Assembly: GCA_963799845.1 (NCBI GenBank)
Contig: CAWCYI010000004.1
Coordinates: 512,001 to 576,000 of the forward strand
Direction: 5' to 3'
DNA length: 64,000 bases
From: an uncultured Nitrososphaerota archaeon
GTDB taxonomy: Archaea; Thermoproteota; Nitrososphaeria; Nitrososphaerales; CADDZS01
Shown: positions 1 through 10,282 of the stretch, piece by piece
How the letters are laid out: every line of letters starts with the position of its first letter
Numbering within the stretch: the first letter of the stretch is position 1
Made by a program: the position numbers and the translations under genes
The notes under the pieces: model-generated
The model's database searches: none
What the model saw: only the letters and a program-made list of their open reading frames with translations
What the model was told of the DNA's origin: nothing

Positions 1-146
1 TTCATAGAATTTCTGGCGGGCTCGTCGTACCGTACGATTCCTCCGACAACTCGAAACTTTGGAAGTTCAATGCTGTGGAGCTCGCGTACGAGACGAATAG
101 CGTCTTGTTCGGAAGAAAGAGATGCAGAGGATTTCGATTCTTCCAA
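1..146 (-). CDS. Possible hypothetical protein, 5' part only (runs off the window)
   Basis: Open frame from TTG at 146 (MEESKSSASLSSEQDAIRLVRELHSIELPKF...); no recognisable motif. Confidence 0.25.
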   Translation of the reverse strand, partial: MEESKSSASLSSEQDAIRLVRELHSIELPKFRVVGGIVRYDEPARNSM

Positions 147-280
147 TCCAATGAACGCGACTTGATCCCGAAAACTAAGCTGGGAACTATTATGATTTTG
201 CTTACACTAGATAGGGCAATCTAGATCGTCTGAAATTTTCAGCGCTTGAGTTGTGAACTCTAGCAGGTCTTCGGACTCGA

Positions 281-742
281 CTATGAATTGACTACTTCGG
301 AAGCATTCTTGGCAAATTGATAACCTGTTGTATCGTCCTTTTCTCGCCACAGAACGTTGATGATCTTCCACTTGCCGTTGAACTTAGCCAGCCCTATGTA
401 ATCAATACCCCAATTCGCTTCAGTCCTCACCATCGCCATGTCCTTGTATCGATCAAGAATGATCATATCTTCCTGGCGTTGAGCCACAGGGGTTCGCTTG
501 ACATGGGCTTTCCTATCACCCCAACCGCCCTGAGTGTCGCGAATCAGCTTCGAAGCGGATAACTCGTACATTTTTGTACGGCCTGTTTTGGGATCCGTCC
601 AAACCATACGCTTCACAAGTCTGGGGTGCAACGCACGCTTCATGCGGGAACCTTCCCAAGTGTAACATGAGTCGACGTAGTCGAGAACCGTCTTTCGGAT
701 TGCCTCGGCTTCTGGATCGGAAGCAGAAGGAGTGAGGGCCAT
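281..742 (-). CDS. NTF2/SnoaL-like (lumazine-binding-like) protein
   Basis: AIRKTVLDYVDS...RMKRALHP...DYIGLAKFNGKWKIINVLW is the typical family pattern. Confidence 0.85.
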   Translation of the reverse strand: MALTPSASDPEAEAIRKTVLDYVDSCYTWEGSRMKRALHPRLVKRMVWTDPKTGRTKMYELSASKLIRDTQGGWGDRKAHVKRTPVAQRQEDMIILDRYKDMAMVRTEANWGIDYIGLAKFNGKWKIINVLWREKDDTTGYQFAKNASEVVNS

Positions 743-907
743 CAAGACCGCGATTCAATGCGGCTATAAAAAAGATTGTAGAGATTGGACTCTTAGGAAG
801 CTACTGATTGATATTATCCGAGAAATTTAACCATGTTCGAGTTTATGTGAACTGCTAGGCGCTCTAAATTTGGCTATTTTTAATCAAGAATCTCAATTGA
901 AAATACG

Positions 908-1783
908 TCATTGCGTTGAATTGGCTACACCGACAACGCGGAAGTAAAGATTGCCGTTAAGCAGTGGGTATGATACCCCAGGGATTGAATGAACTTGAGA
1001 AGTGCTGGTGGTGGTTACTTCAGCTGAAGAACTGGATAAGTATGTCGTGTCGTATGTAATGCAGCCAGAACCGCTAACATAGCTTGGTTGTCCATTTCCA
1101 GCCACAACCTGGCCATAGTCTCCGCACTCCTCGGGTTCATAGGCAATGAGCCAGTGATCTAACCCTGGTGAGGAGGAGAAAAAGCCCAGCTCGTAGGTGC
1201 CGCTCGCTCCATGATTGGCAGTTAGGTCATACTCGACGATCAATCCTTCATTTTCGTTCGTAGCTCCTCCTATGGTAATCTGATTTTGGCTAATCATTAT
1301 GGAAAAGTTTGATGATCCGTCAAACGATCTTGGTGTGCCGACGCTGCCGTTGTAAATATACTGCACCGCCTGAATCGATAATGCAGTCGAAAGATTCAGT
1401 GTTAATGGCGCTCCATAGTAGTAGAGTTGCAAGCAGATGACGGCGGGAGAACTAGTATCTGTAACCACATTGCCGAATCCAAAGCTTGGTATTTGGAGAT
1501 CGGAGCATGCTAGCGCGATATTTGTCGTCGAAGAGCTGGTAGTCACATTCGATACAGACGATTGTTGAGTGGTAATGATCAATGAGGTGGAGTTGGCCGT
1601 TGCGGAGCCGTTCCCAGTTAATGCTAAAGTACTGTTGGCACTACTCACAGAGACCGCAGGATTCGTATTATTTTGATTTGAAATCTGCAACACGTTTGTA
1701 GCCATATATGCCCCAAAAGTTGCAATTATCACTAGGATTGCGACTATGGAAACGGTGGCAAGTTGCGACACTGCATGTTGCAT
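908..1783 (-). CDS. Membrane-anchored S/T-rich extracellular protein
   Basis: N-terminal TM helix, S/T/N-rich linker, Cys-containing beta domain; resembles 6879..7547. Confidence 0.8.
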   Translation of the reverse strand: MQHAVSQLATVSIVAILVIIATFGAYMATNVLQISNQNNTNPAVSVSSANSTLALTGNGSATANSTSLIITTQQSSVSNVTTSSSTTNIALACSDLQIPSFGFGNVVTDTSSPAVICLQLYYYGAPLTLNLSTALSIQAVQYIYNGSVGTPRSFDGSSNFSIMISQNQITIGGATNENEGLIVEYDLTANHGASGTYELGFFSSSPGLDHWLIAYEPEECGDYGQVVAGNGQPSYVSGSGCITYDTTYLSSSSAEVTTTSTSQVHSIPGVSYPLLNGNLYFRVVGVANSTQ

Positions 1784-1915
1784 TTTTTAGAACGCCCACC
1801 AATGATAGAATCGTTGAGTCTTTTCATCTGCTGCGATTTTCTTACACGAAGGCATGCTATAAGATTCTAGCCATCAGAACACCTTGACCCGTCTACCAGG
1901 GCCTAGAGTTTCTTT

Positions 1916-2059
1916 TCACTCGATAACCGTATGATTAGCTCCCCAACAGCAGCACTCGCTTAACGTGCAATTCGGACATTCCTTCGGGCTTGAACTGTTA
2001 AGGCAATCCAATGGGAAACAACCACAATCGGCACACTTCACTTGAAACGGTAAATCCAT
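1916..2059 (-). CDS. Small Cys-rich (metallothionein-like) protein
   Basis: From ATG at 2059: MDLPFQVKCADCGCFPLDCLNSSSPKECPNCTLSECCCW..., 9 Cys in 47 aa. Confidence 0.65.
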   Translation of the reverse strand: MDLPFQVKCADCGCFPLDCLNSSSPKECPNCTLSECCCWGANHTVIE

Positions 2060-2153
2060 ATTTGAGTACCCAGAACTTTGCACAATGTAGCGATGTATGA
2101 TGTTTTCTTTTTTCACTCGTTTATTAGCAACGGGGGGTGGCTAAAAAACACAC

Positions 2154-2618
2154 TTGCATATCATTGGTCCTTGTTCGGATAGAGAAACGAAGAGATTGAT
2201 AGAACATCTCATCACAACTCCTGTAGCAAGAAATTTCTTTCCTAGCTTTGAAAAGCGCTTCTTCATCTCGAATGTACAAATATCCTCCTTGAAAGAACTT
2301 GGACGACTCAGAACGATTTTTGGGGATCTTGGCGGAATAAAGAGTTCATCCAAGGGCGCGGCTCAGAAATTCACTGTTTGACGTGTTTTGCCAGCTTTGA
2401 AAAAACCCGCTTGCACTGATAAGGAAGAACTAGAAACTATTCGGAAATTCATGAATAACTTGGACGAATTTCCATTTCTTGTGACCATTGTCAAGGACCA
2501 GGTAAACTACATGATTGTCGATGGTGACAAGCACGCCGTGGCATTCTATGAACATTCTCGGAAAAAACCAGTCGAGGACGAAATCGATTTCAGGGCATAT
2601 CTCATTTTGCCAAAGTAA
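2154..2618 (+). pseudogene. Disrupted protein with ParB/Srx-like motif
   Basis: ORFs 2154..2381 and 2388..2618 are in the same frame, separated by TGA at 2379; IVDGDKHAVA resembles the ParB-like IxDGxHR motif. Confidence 0.5.
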
Positions 2619-2633
2619 GAGTCACAATGATTT

Positions 2634-2983
2634 CTAATTTCTTACTGGCGAAGGTGATCCGTTTTTGGCTGCCATGATGAAATCGTTGCGATGCAATCCC
2701 TTGATTTTGTGAGTCCACCAAGTAACTGTCACTCCTCCCCATTCAGTTAGTATCGAAGGGTGATGTCCTTCCTCTTCTGCAATCTGACCTACCTTGTTCG
2801 TGAATGCAAGAGCTTCTGCGAAGTCCTTGAATTTGAAACACGTTCGAGTCACTTGATGCCGTCTCTTTCGACTATCGACCAACTCGTTACCTGCGGTTGA
2901 AGCCGAGCGATTTCTTCGGAGTTGACGGTCGGTTCGTCCGCACGACACGCTGTGCACTTTATCTGGGAAAGCTCTTGTTCCAT
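2634..2983 (-). pseudogene. Pterin-4a-carbinolamine dehydratase pseudogene
   Basis: From ATG 2983: [18 protein letters not shown]...DGIK*LERV, then a frameshift into [25 protein letters not shown]...[19 protein letters not shown]. Has a nonsense codon plus frameshifts. Confidence 0.9.
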
Positions 2984-3275
2984 GAAGATGACCCTGCATA
3001 GTAATCATTCGTTCACAATTATTTAGTTATCCTACGAGGAGCCATATATAGAAATTCGGTACGAGGGAACGAGTTGAAGACTCAAAAACTAGTTTTCAGA
3101 GAGGATTATCGCGTGAAGGAAAATATAATGCTAAGATCAAGTGCAATCTTGCCTTCAACTAGCGAGATTTTCATCCAAATATTCTGATAATACCAGACGT
3201 AGCCCAACGTCCGAGTGCGAATCAACTATAGTCGTAAATACTCGATGTCTTCACAAACATGACGAGATAAAAAAA

Positions 3276-3461
3276 TTGGCTTTTGATGATCCTATTGTAT
3301 TCATAATATTGATTGCGTTTCTCTTGATTGTCGTCTATGGAATATTCTATGTTGCAAGACTATTGTACAAAGCAAACAAACTCGCCGATCTCAAATTGAA
3401 AGAAATGCAACAGGATAGAGCAGAGTCTAATCAGCCGAAAAAACAGGAAGAAACTCCTTAG
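3276..3461 (+). CDS. Small single-TM membrane protein
   Basis: TTG start, hydrophobic helix, charged tail. Confidence 0.6.
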   Translation: MAFDDPIVFIILIAFLLIVVYGIFYVARLLYKANKLADLKLKEMQQDRAESNQPKKQEETP

Positions 3462-3517
3462 CGGCTGAAGAGAAAAAAGTGAAATCGAATACCAAAGACA
3501 GAAAATGAGAGCACTTT

Positions 3518-3892
3518 GTGAATCTTGTCATGTATGAAGATCCGTCGGCCTCACGAAGTGTTTCCCATCAGAGACGAGGGATACAAGATTGCGTCGTCTA
3601 CTCAGCTCTGCATGCACTCTTGGTTTGCTTGGCTGTTGCAGTGGTCTTTTTGCAAAGATATTTTGAACTTCGATTTCTCGCCGTTCACGGTTATGGCGTT
3701 ACGACCAGCGTCTACACTCTTGGGCTCTATTCGGCCTTCATCGTGCTCCTCGATGCTTGGATTGTCAAAGGTACTCTGAATTCAAAACGAACTGAAAAGA
3801 TACTTGCGCTAGTAGTTCCCGCTTTGTTTCTCTTCATGGGCGTCTTTATGATTCTAGGCAGTCTAGACGTTGAATTGCTGCCGTTCCATTGA
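3518..3892 (+). CDS. Hypothetical membrane protein (3 TM), possibly degraded at the 5' end
   Basis: Three hydrophobic segments. Confidence 0.5.
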   Translation: MNLVMYEDPSASRSVSHQRRGIQDCVVYSALHALLVCLAVAVVFLQRYFELRFLAVHGYGVTTSVYTLGLYSAFIVLLDAWIVKGTLNSKRTEKILALVVPALFLFMGVFMILGSLDVELLPFH

Positions 3893-4024
3893 TACAGGTA
3901 ACAGGAACACCGAATGTAAAACATCTCAAAGTAGATTATTCCATTCTGCCCGAAGCCAAATACAGGAAAGACCGACACTCAAATCGAGTTTATAGTCTAT
4001 AACTGCCAAATTTCTGAACTCCGA

Positions 4025-4441
4025 TTAATCATTGGTAGCGGGTTGCTTCAAGTCAAACTCGTTGCCGTCAGGGTCCACAAATTGACAAAGCCATTCTCCC
4101 CATTCCATCTTCTGGGGGCGACCGAGAAATCGAACGCCATTTTTTCTAAAACGTTCATAGTCAGATTCTATGCCATCAGTCAGAAAGGTGATCCCCGTCG
4201 GGCCCCGTTCTGTTCTATGATCGGATAATTCACAAAGATGGATTCTGGTCATAGGTCTCCCCTGACCTAACTCGATCCAGTGTCCTGGATTTTCAACTGT
4301 TCCCTGCACGCTCGGGTCTGAGTTAGGCATAGGCGACCCGATGTAACTTATGTTGAGACCGAGTTTCTCGGAGTACCACTTTAGCGCTCGCACTTTATCG
4401 GAGACGACGACCGCGACAGAGTCAATTCCTGTGATTGGGAT
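4025..4441 (-). CDS. VOC/glyoxalase family protein
   Basis: Frame extends upstream of the tracked GTG to (I)PITGIDSVAVVVSDKVRALKWYSEKLGL; C-terminus WGEWLCQFVDPDGNEFDL; apparent start codon is ATC at 4441. Confidence 0.85.
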   Translation of the reverse strand: MPITGIDSVAVVVSDKVRALKWYSEKLGLNISYIGSPMPNSDPSVQGTVENPGHWIELGQGRPMTRIHLCELSDHRTERGPTGITFLTDGIESDYERFRKNGVRFLGRPQKMEWGEWLCQFVDPDGNEFDLKQPATND

Positions 4442-4549
4442 TTCTCAGCACCCTAAATGGGATAACAGAGTGGGCATGTAATTCTTGTTTTCTAATTCCC
4501 CGTAAGATTAATTCTCGCCAAAGACCGAATGACACCAGGGTTTGTACTA

Positions 4550-5013
4550 CCATTTAACGTGGTTGATATGTTAATGGTCGAACACGCGTCGCTGAGGCTG
4601 CACTCTCAGTTTGCCAAGAAGACAGTTATTGGGGTTCTATCTATGACGTAGAAGAGTTTGTGCGAAAGTCCCATGCCAAGGTTGAAGACGAGTGGTCTTT
4701 CCCCGTCTCAGAAACTTGGCGAGCGATGATGAAGTTCTCAAAGCGATCTCAAGACTTGAAGCAGACCACAAGCTCATCGACAAGATAGATGAACAGATAA
4801 GGGAGCGTACGGTTTCGGGCCACGATCCTGACATATTGCGAAAGAGGATCCTGCTTTATGTCCCACAACTCAAGCGAAGAGTCGCTTATTTTTCCGCACT
4901 GGAAACTGGATGAAGTGAATAAAACTGCTATAGATCAGACGAGAGACATAGTTCGAGAATTTGGTCTCAACCGTTATTATCAGATCACAGGAATCTCGGA
5001 GAAACTGTTCTAA
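4550..5013 (+). pseudogene. Hemerythrin (HHE) domain protein pseudogene
   Basis: Pieces across frames: DMLMVEHASLRLH / FVRKSHAKVEDE / VVFPRL...LEADHKLI / HNSSEESLIFPHW. Two HxxxE..(L/V)FP motifs and at least three frameshifts. Confidence 0.8.
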
Positions 5014-5117
5014 GAGTCGAGCTCGGATAGAGTGCGATTTCCATTCAGGAGCAAAAGTGGCTGAAAAAATCGGAAGAAAGCAATGACTATGAAGAGTACT
5101 CTTTATCTGGTCGTCGA

Positions 5118-5531
5118 TTGCGTACAAAATCGAAGCCGAACGGCGGGGTTGAACGATCTAGTTCAATAGTTCGACGTGGTTTTACGAGCTCTGATTTTGC
5201 GAAAATGCTAGAAGAAAAAGAATCCAAAGACCTTGTAGAGCGAACATTGGATAATAGCACAGATCAGATTCTTGGAAAATACACCATCTCAACTATTTTC
5301 GAATCTGTTGGTACAGTCCGTGGTCGCTTTTTCGTCGTAAAACTTGATTGTATCAATTATTCTCAAGATCAACCTTCTATGTATGCCATTTGGACCAACA
5401 TCTTTCAAGATGATACTCTGGCCAATCGTCTTGCTACGGGGCGTGATACTTTTACTACCCTTACAGATGCTCTTTCAGCTTTCGAGAAACTGGTTGACAA
5501 GTATCATCTTCAGCTTCAACGCAAGAAGTGA
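5118..5531 (+). CDS. Hypothetical protein (start probably ATG ~5205)
   Basis: Open frame with protein-like composition. Confidence 0.5.
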   Translation: MRTKSKPNGGVERSSSIVRRGFTSSDFAKMLEEKESKDLVERTLDNSTDQILGKYTISTIFESVGTVRGRFFVVKLDCINYSQDQPSMYAIWTNIFQDDTLANRLATGRDTFTTLTDALSAFEKLVDKYHLQLQRKK

Positions 5532-5742
5532 AAATAAATTTGACCGAAGATACAAAAAGAAAACGGCTCGATTATTTCCGTCTAGATGCTTTTTGGTTTT
5601 CAGTTAGTTGGCTGAACAACTAAGAGGATAATCCAATAAGCCACAAAACCGAAGGCTGTAAAAGGCTGTTCTAAAGACTAGAACCTCATAGGATTCGATC
5701 TGACCGTAGTTATAACTCGTTTTACTTCAGTTGAACGGCCAT

Positions 5743-6598
5743 TCATCCAACCGCACCTAAATTACCATTTACACCTGCCATGAAAGTTCCTTCGGTACAG
5801 TTTACTATCCAGAGGAACGACTGATTTGGCAAAACAGGCGATCCCAAATAGAACTCATAGAGACCTGAATCATAAAATCTCTCTGTATAACTTCGCACGA
5901 TAAAGCTGGACGAATCGAAGTTGACAGCTGAAGCAGTGCGACTGATCACGACATTGATAGATTTGCAACCTTGGATAGCTGGAGGATACTGTTGAGATAT
6001 TTCCAAAGAGACTGTTGGAATCATTTTTTGGAACTGGTCCAAACAACGAAATCGAAAATCCAGTATCCGAACTGTGATAGTTGGCAATGTCGATCCCAAA
6101 GCTCGCGGTTCCTCTAGACGTTTTTGTGCTTGCTGTTCCAGGACTAAGAATAGGGTTTCCAATAATCTCTAGATTGGTAACTCCGCCGTAGGTGGGGTAG
6201 GTTAGGGAAGCTCCCTGATAAACGGCTAGAACTCCTGACGATATTGTGAGAAGTGAAAAAAGTACCAGTGCCCCACGCAGCGGCCATTTGCTCGATCCGA
6301 ATCGAGTAAGAAAAAGAACCAGATAGAATGCAGGGAAGAAGAGAATAGCAAAATCTAGGACAACCATCGGAGAGCTATTGATTATTGGCGAGGAGATAGA
6401 GCAACCATTCTCGCCAACTATTTGTGTACAGGACTGACCCGAACTATACGAGAGGTCTTGATAGGAAAAAGGTACTCCAAGAAGGGGAGGCGGGGGAAGG
6501 CTGTAAAGGCCTAAAGCTGGGGTAAGAGTAACAAAGCCCAACAAGCCAAACACTGCAGCTAATGTCGCGCTCCAAAGTAAGCGCTTCTTAATTTGCAA
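5743..6598 (-). pseudogene. Membrane protein, frameshifted (+1 near 5980)
   Basis: ORF 5870..6598 (3 TM) continues into the frame of 5743..6162; mutation or sequencing error. Confidence 0.6.
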
Positions 6599-6878
6599 AA
6601 TGGTTCACTAATCTTATGATCAGAATTATAGACCTTGAACTCGAAGGACTGACTTAATCCTTGAAAGATCTTAGATCTGGTTTCTAAATCGTGGGCGGTC
6701 TGAAAATGAAAGCAAGCATCTTGGGTGTCGCTGAAGCACCCAGGCGCGCAGCTGGGGATAATCATGAATCTTCCGTTGAGACCGATGGCTACAATGAAAG
6801 CCGCTATGTCCATCGTAAAAATGTGAGCGGTTCGAACCTAACTTTCCTTACAATGATAGATGTTTTCAGGTTCTTCAT

Positions 6879-7547
6879 TCAAATTCTCTCCCGATTTGTT
6901 GGTTCCCTATTTCGTTGAGATCCAAGTGGAACGTAAGAGTACGCCGCTCCAACATTACTGAAGGATACAGTACTACCCGCGTAATCAGTTTGTGTACATT
7001 GATACTGGTGGTGCCATCCATACGCAAAGTCACTGTAGTTGATTTGATCGTAACCAACCGAGAGCAACATCAGTGGACAGATACCCGAGATAGAGAGTAC
7101 GTAAAATCCACTAGCGTTGCTTCCAACATTTAGAGCGAAGACTGCGTATGCTTCGGGAGCAGGACCGCTTTGACTTGGGAGAGGTGGCGCAGCAAGGGTG
7201 GCAGGTTGGACGAGTACTTGGATGACGTTAGCTGGAACATTGGACATATTGTTCTGATCAAACACAGATGCGTTCAATGCTGCGTTTACAGATGTAGAGG
7301 AAGAGGAATTGAATTCAACACAGAACTTCGCAACGGTACCTGGGTTGACAGTAAAGGCTGCCAGAGTTTCTAGCTGACTAGTATTCGGGCCTGGTTGAGG
7401 AAGCGATTTCGTTGGACATTGCTGCAAATACTGTGTTCCAGTATCTATGGGAAAGTTGGGGAGTATGACAACAATTAGAAAGTAAAGAATCAGGATCCCA
7501 CCTATAATAGATACGACAATCCATCTTTTTGAGCGCATCAGAACCAC
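6879..7547 (-). CDS. Membrane-anchored extracellular protein
   Basis: N-terminal TM, four Cys; ASGFYVL resembles ASGTYEL in 908..1783. Confidence 0.8.
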   Translation of the reverse strand: MVLMRSKRWIVVSIIGGILILYFLIVVILPNFPIDTGTQYLQQCPTKSLPQPGPNTSQLETLAAFTVNPGTVAKFCVEFNSSSSTSVNAALNASVFDQNNMSNVPANVIQVLVQPATLAAPPLPSQSGPAPEAYAVFALNVGSNASGFYVLSISGICPLMLLSVGYDQINYSDFAYGWHHQYQCTQTDYAGSTVSFSNVGAAYSYVPLGSQRNREPTNRERI

Positions 7548-7613
7548 GTTGTCAGGCGTGAGTGAAGCTTGTGAATAAAACTAATTTTCAATCTGCGTTT
7601 CGGAACTGGTACC

Positions 7614-8399
7614 CTACCATAAGAATTCCATTGATAATGTTACGGAATCTTCCTGAGTGGAATTGTTCAAGAAAGCCAGATTGAACCCTCCCAAAGTGTC
7701 CATGGGAAAGTACAACTTATATCCGTGCAGTTGTCCGTTGTACCCCCAATTAGCTCCATCTAGGGTAGAGTTCAAACTCGGCGGAGTTTCTAGGATTATT
7801 TTGTCAAGAAAGATCTTGATCGATGTGTCTTGAGTTGCGTTATAGTCTATTACGAGATATGCCGCCCCAAAACCGTACACACCAAAATTGTAGACAGATT
7901 GTCCTGCAGAGGAGTTGTATGTCGCGGGATTTCCAGCATATTGGCACGGCGGGTACCCATAGCAATTACAAGGGCTCTGTCCGAAACAGAATGGATATCC
8001 TGCCCCTGGCGCAATTTTGAAACTACTCACGTTCAGACTTTCGTTGTAGCCCAAGGAGAGAAAACTCGAAGCACACTGTGCATACTCGCTGACATTCCTG
8101 GCATAGTAATCGCCTTGCGAATTGTAACATGGAGAAGCGTCGGCGCCCAAGTAGGCAGGACTCGATGAATTCGTACTGGTTGTCGTATTTTCTGGAGAAA
8201 CTGTCACTAGTGAAACGATAGTTTGTGTTTTCGTAATCGTAGTTTCACTTTGAGAGCTATTTTGAGAAGTGCTCGTTGTCGTCTGAAAATGAGAATTCGC
8301 GAGAACGACCGTCGTTCCCGCAAGCAAAACAATAACGACTACAAGCGCGGAAGTCACCACGCGTCCAGTTCCAGGAGAAACCATCGTCCAAAAGACCAT
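7614..8399 (-). CDS. Membrane-anchored S/T-rich, Cys-containing extracellular protein
   Basis: TM helix, S/T linker, Cys cluster; start uncertain (8384-8498). Confidence 0.75.
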   Translation of the reverse strand: MVFWTMVSPGTGRVVTSALVVVIVLLAGTTVVLANSHFQTTTSTSQNSSQSETTITKTQTIVSLVTVSPENTTTSTNSSSPAYLGADASPCYNSQGDYYARNVSEYAQCASSFLSLGYNESLNVSSFKIAPGAGYPFCFGQSPCNCYGYPPCQYAGNPATYNSSAGQSVYNFGVYGFGAAYLVIDYNATQDTSIKIFLDKIILETPPSLNSTLDGANWGYNGQLHGYKLYFPMDTLGGFNLAFLNNSTQEDSVTLSMEFLW

Positions 8400-8558
8400 T
8401 GCAGTTGGCGAAATGTCATCATATAACCCCTTGTCCCATTCTACCTTGGTATGGTAGTTCGCCTTGCAGCATTCTTGAAAATTTGAACCAGTGTTCACCT
8501 GAAAAAATCACGTCACAATGTCGACTGAGCGAAAAGAACGTGGAAAGGAAGCTAATCG

Positions 8559-8840
8559 TTAGGATTTCTCTGAGTTGTCCTCAAAGTCAGGATCTGGAAT
8601 CATGTCAAATGCCCGTTTAGCCAAAATGAAACCGTACGCTAGAAACGGAGCAGATATTATCGCAATTGGAATGCTATACCACCATGGAAGGAAGGCACCT
8701 GGCGGTTCAAACAAAACAGACGCGAAAGTGAAGATAGCCAAAAGAATCAAACCAAAGCCTAGCACGAAATATGGAACCGATTTCTTTCTGGCGTTCCTCC
8801 ACTTGATCCGCCAATCATCTGCATTGTCTGAATCTGACAT
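8559..8840 (-). CDS. Small 2-TM membrane protein
   Basis: Two TM helices; a decayed paralogue exists at 11799-12460. Confidence 0.8.
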   Translation of the reverse strand: MSDSDNADDWRIKWRNARKKSVPYFVLGFGLILLAIFTFASVLFEPPGAFLPWWYSIPIAIISAPFLAYGFILAKRAFDMIPDPDFEDNSEKS

Positions 8841-8971
8841 ATCGAATCAGTCCTTGATGACTCAATGACAAAACTGGACAAGACTGATATCAAACTTTAG
8901 ATTTTCAGAGTCTCAAGGTCGACACGCTTTCCTCGAAAGTGAACTTTGAAAGCAAACCACATAGTTTGAAA

Positions 8972-9520
8972 TTAGCTGATGAATGTAGCACCCCAGTCAC
9001 CGAGCTGGGCGAGAGTGTCATTAGAGTAATCTCGAAATGATAAAGTGTATAATCTATTTTCCGACTGATAGAACTTTTGAGCTACTGTTTCGTATTCTAA
9101 AATTCCATCGTTCACTAAATGAAATGTGATATAATTCCAGTTTTCTCCAATAATCGTTGTATTTCCGCTTTCAATCAGAGTGGCATTAGGACCTGACATG
9201 AATGGTTGCAAGTCGATCGTATTCGAAGATGTATTGAACCACTGAATTTGGAGTGTGGTTCGATAACCATTCCACCTCCATGTTATCGATCCAAAAGAAG
9301 AGTTAGCGGGCTTGTTCAAAAATCCAATAGTTTGCTTCACGGCTCCAACAGGATATTGTATTGTTATTCCATAACCTTGGAATGTTTCTCTGTCGGAAGG
9401 ATTCACAGTGGGAACGTATTGAGAATCGTAATATTGATAGAAGAGGCAAAGTGGTCCCAAAGAGAGGAGAGCGGCGATCACCACTACAATTATCAAAATT
9501 CTTCGCAGAGTCTTGTCCAA
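8972..9520 (-). CDS. Membrane-anchored protein, PsbP/Mog1-like fold possible
   Basis: N-terminal TM; YGITIQYP motif typical of PsbP-like proteins. Confidence 0.7.
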   Translation of the reverse strand: MDKTLRRILIIVVVIAALLSLGPLCLFYQYYDSQYVPTVNPSDRETFQGYGITIQYPVGAVKQTIGFLNKPANSSFGSITWRWNGYRTTLQIQWFNTSSNTIDLQPFMSGPNATLIESGNTTIIGENWNYITFHLVNDGILEYETVAQKFYQSENRLYTLSFRDYSNDTLAQLGDWGATFIS

Positions 9521-9571
9521 ATACTTGGCACCCAGAATTTGTACCGCATCAGACCAAGCCTATTTTCGTAC

Positions 9572-10060
9572 TCAGGAGGAAGTTTCTGACTTTTTCTCTA
9601 ACATTCGGTACAGGTCCTCGCTGTTTGACTTGATAATTCCATCGTTCACATCCCAAGAAAGTTTCTTTCCTTCATCGACAAAAGAGATCTTGAAGTGATT
9701 CGAAAATCGTTTCATTTCAACGCGAACCTTCTCTTTGCCAAGCTGAATCTCGGAATATGGAAAATCCCGCTTTCTCCCAATCAACGATGTAAATACTGTG
9801 ACATGATCTTCGTAAAACTCTACTCTTTTTGATCGCAAGAAGACGCTGAGACAAAGTATTCCTACGATACAAAAGGGAATGACGATAAATAACAAGGTTT
9901 GCTCAAAATTCTCCAAATCTAAATTCGCATTTACATGCGGGCCATTATTTGTCAGAAACAAAGTAGGAAAAATAAGGCCGAATGCAATCCAAAAAATTCC
10001 GAGTACAAGCCAAGTACGTCTTCTATAGCTCACGAAAATTGGATCGGATTTAGCAGACAA
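9572..10060 (-). CDS. 2-TM protein with PH-like C-terminal domain
   Basis: Two TM, then RVEFYEDHVTV...FPYSEI. Confidence 0.7.
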   Translation of the reverse strand: MSAKSDPIFVSYRRRTWLVLGIFWIAFGLIFPTLFLTNNGPHVNANLDLENFEQTLLFIVIPFCIVGILCLSVFLRSKRVEFYEDHVTVFTSLIGRKRDFPYSEIQLGKEKVRVEMKRFSNHFKISFVDEGKKLSWDVNDGIIKSNSEDLYRMLEKKSETSS

Positions 10061-10282
10061 CGTCGAGGAATTAAAGCCTCGATATCATAATAATTTGTTC
10101 ATTGATTCCATCATTGAAAAGTCCAGAAGCAAAAGCCATTCACCTAAGTCGCAAACGAGAAATTCTGATTCAATATTCTCCAATTCAAGAGAAACAACGC
10201 ATGAGAAACTCCCAATTCGACCAAATCGATAAATCGATGTAACCAGCAAATTTCCATACCGAAAGTTCAAGCCAAGTAGATT

